Shown piece after piece: positions 63,334-64,000 of a DNA stretch of 64,000 nt (position 1 is the stretch's first letter; every line of letters begins with the position of its first letter). Under the pieces are notes generated by a model that worked only from the letters and a program-made list of their open reading frames with translations, did not search any database and was not told the origin of the DNA. The translations under genes were made by a program, and so were the position numbers. The stretch is from Chthoniobacterales bacterium. Lineage in GTDB: Bacteria; Verrucomicrobiota; Verrucomicrobiia; Chthoniobacterales; DASVRZ01. Location: contig JBBRPA010000002.1 in the NCBI GenBank assembly GCA_038228695.1, positions 32,080 to 96,079 on the forward strand, written 5' to 3'.

Positions 63334-64000
63334 ATGAAACATCTAACCATCACTGCGGGCATGTTGTTGCTAACTCTTCCGGGAATGATCGCGGAGCCGA
63401 AACCCTCGCCCACTCCCGTCGGGGTAAAGCTAGAAGACTTGCAATTGGCCGCCGTCCAATACAAGGCCGTGCTCGCGTTGCCGAAGTGGGAACGGACGCC
63501 CGAGCAGGTGAGTGCGGCGGTGGACAAGGTGATCGGCACAGCTAACAAACGCCTCGATCTGGTTGCGGCTCTAACTCCGACCGACGCGACGTTTGTGAAC
63601 ACGTTTCAAGAGATGGACATGATCGCGTTCGATACCGGTTGTGTGGCGAACCGGATTGTTTGGATCAAGGAAACGCATCCCGACGCGAAAATGCGCGAGG
63701 CCGCGACGGAGGCGATCAAAAAATTTGAGGAGTGGGGAGTGGGCACCGATTACCGCGAGGATGTTTACAAGGTGCTAAAAGCGTTCGCCGGGACGAAGCC
63801 CGCAGGCGACGTGGAGGACCAGCGCTTGATCGAAGACACCCTGCTTGGTTACACGCGTGCGGGTCTAGCGTTGCCGCCTGACCAACGGAAACGGGTCGAG
63901 GGATTGCGCAAGGAACTTGCCGCGGTTGGCACCGATTTCGATACTAATATTGCCAACGCGACTTTTCCGGTAAAATTCACCAAAGCAGAACTCGAGGGCG
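63334..64000 (+). CDS. secreted protein, 3'-truncated by the window end; possibly an M3-family oligopeptidase N-terminal region
   Basis: Not in the ORF track because it is open to the window end. I translated it by hand from the ATG at 63334 with no stop through 64000. Signal peptide MKHLTITAGMLLLTLPGMIA. The helical N-terminal region resembles thimet/Dcp-type peptidases, but the HEXXH motif would lie beyond the window. Confidence 0.5.
   Translation, partial: MKHLTITAGMLLLTLPGMIAEPKPSPTPVGVKLEDLQLAAVQYKAVLALPKWERTPEQVSAAVDKVIGTANKRLDLVAALTPTDATFVNTFQEMDMIAFDTGCVANRIVWIKETHPDAKMREAATEAIKKFEEWGVGTDYREDVYKVLKAFAGTKPAGDVEDQRLIEDTLLGYTRAGLALPPDQRKRVEGLRKELAAVGTDFDTNIANATFPVKFTKAELEG

Noticed and set aside
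1-64000. A search for CRISPR arrays, transposases, integrases, phage genes, toxin-antitoxin pairs or known defence systems, including next to tRNA-Asp and tRNA-Leu.
   Set aside because: I found no spaced direct repeats and no ORFs with recombinase, transposase or defence-type motifs. The tRNA flanks carry ordinary metabolic genes.

Overview
This is a GC-rich, densely coding bacterial chromosome segment. I call about 65 protein-coding genes and 5 tRNAs. I saw no rRNA, CRISPR array, transposase, integrase or prophage. All domain and family names come from reading the ORF translations by eye and from memory; no database search was run.

The gene content points to a Verrucomicrobiota/PVC-type host (inference). 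Supporting genes are the LL-diaminopimelate aminotransferase DapL, a DUF1800/DUF1501 pair, many TAT- or Sec-signal secreted proteins, and a KDAK/LCVFA-type palindromic intergenic element.

There are two housekeeping blocks:
- nusA-infB-rbfA-nrnA-truB-ribF on the plus strand (18.9-25.5 kb).
- tRNA-Thr, tuf, tRNA-Trp, secE, nusG, rplK on the minus strand (50.7-53.7 kb).

The most striking content is a complete proteorhodopsin photosystem at 12.4-18.7 kb. It consists of a green-type DTE proton-pump opsin plus crtE-crtI-crtB-crtY-blh. The five pigment genes are chained by 4-nt start/stop overlaps, and the block is bracketed by hairpin terminators. It lies between ychF and nusA, next to a divergently transcribed secreted protein of unknown function. 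That protein and the opsin both look lower in GC than their surroundings.

The second focus is an uncharacterised minus-strand cluster at 54.0-62.3 kb:
- a 14 x 32-aa solenoid repeat protein;
- a giant (about 1370 aa) DUF1800 protein with a tandemly duplicated 873-bp TSP3/beta-sandwich/Calx-beta module;
- a TAT-exported DUF1501 protein;
- a small membrane-anchored protein with a pseudopilin-like C-terminus.

Other points worth a second look:
- a HAD-phosphatase::FolB fusion, a candidate for the missing dihydroneopterin-phosphate phosphatase;
- a hotdog-dehydratase/GT2/GT39 trio;
- an unknown/ClpS/DUF2017 coupled trio;
- an orphan NMT1-like binding protein coupled to a deaminase-type amidohydrolase;
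- tandem SPFH genes;
- an rplK gene that ends in a terminator with no rplA after it.
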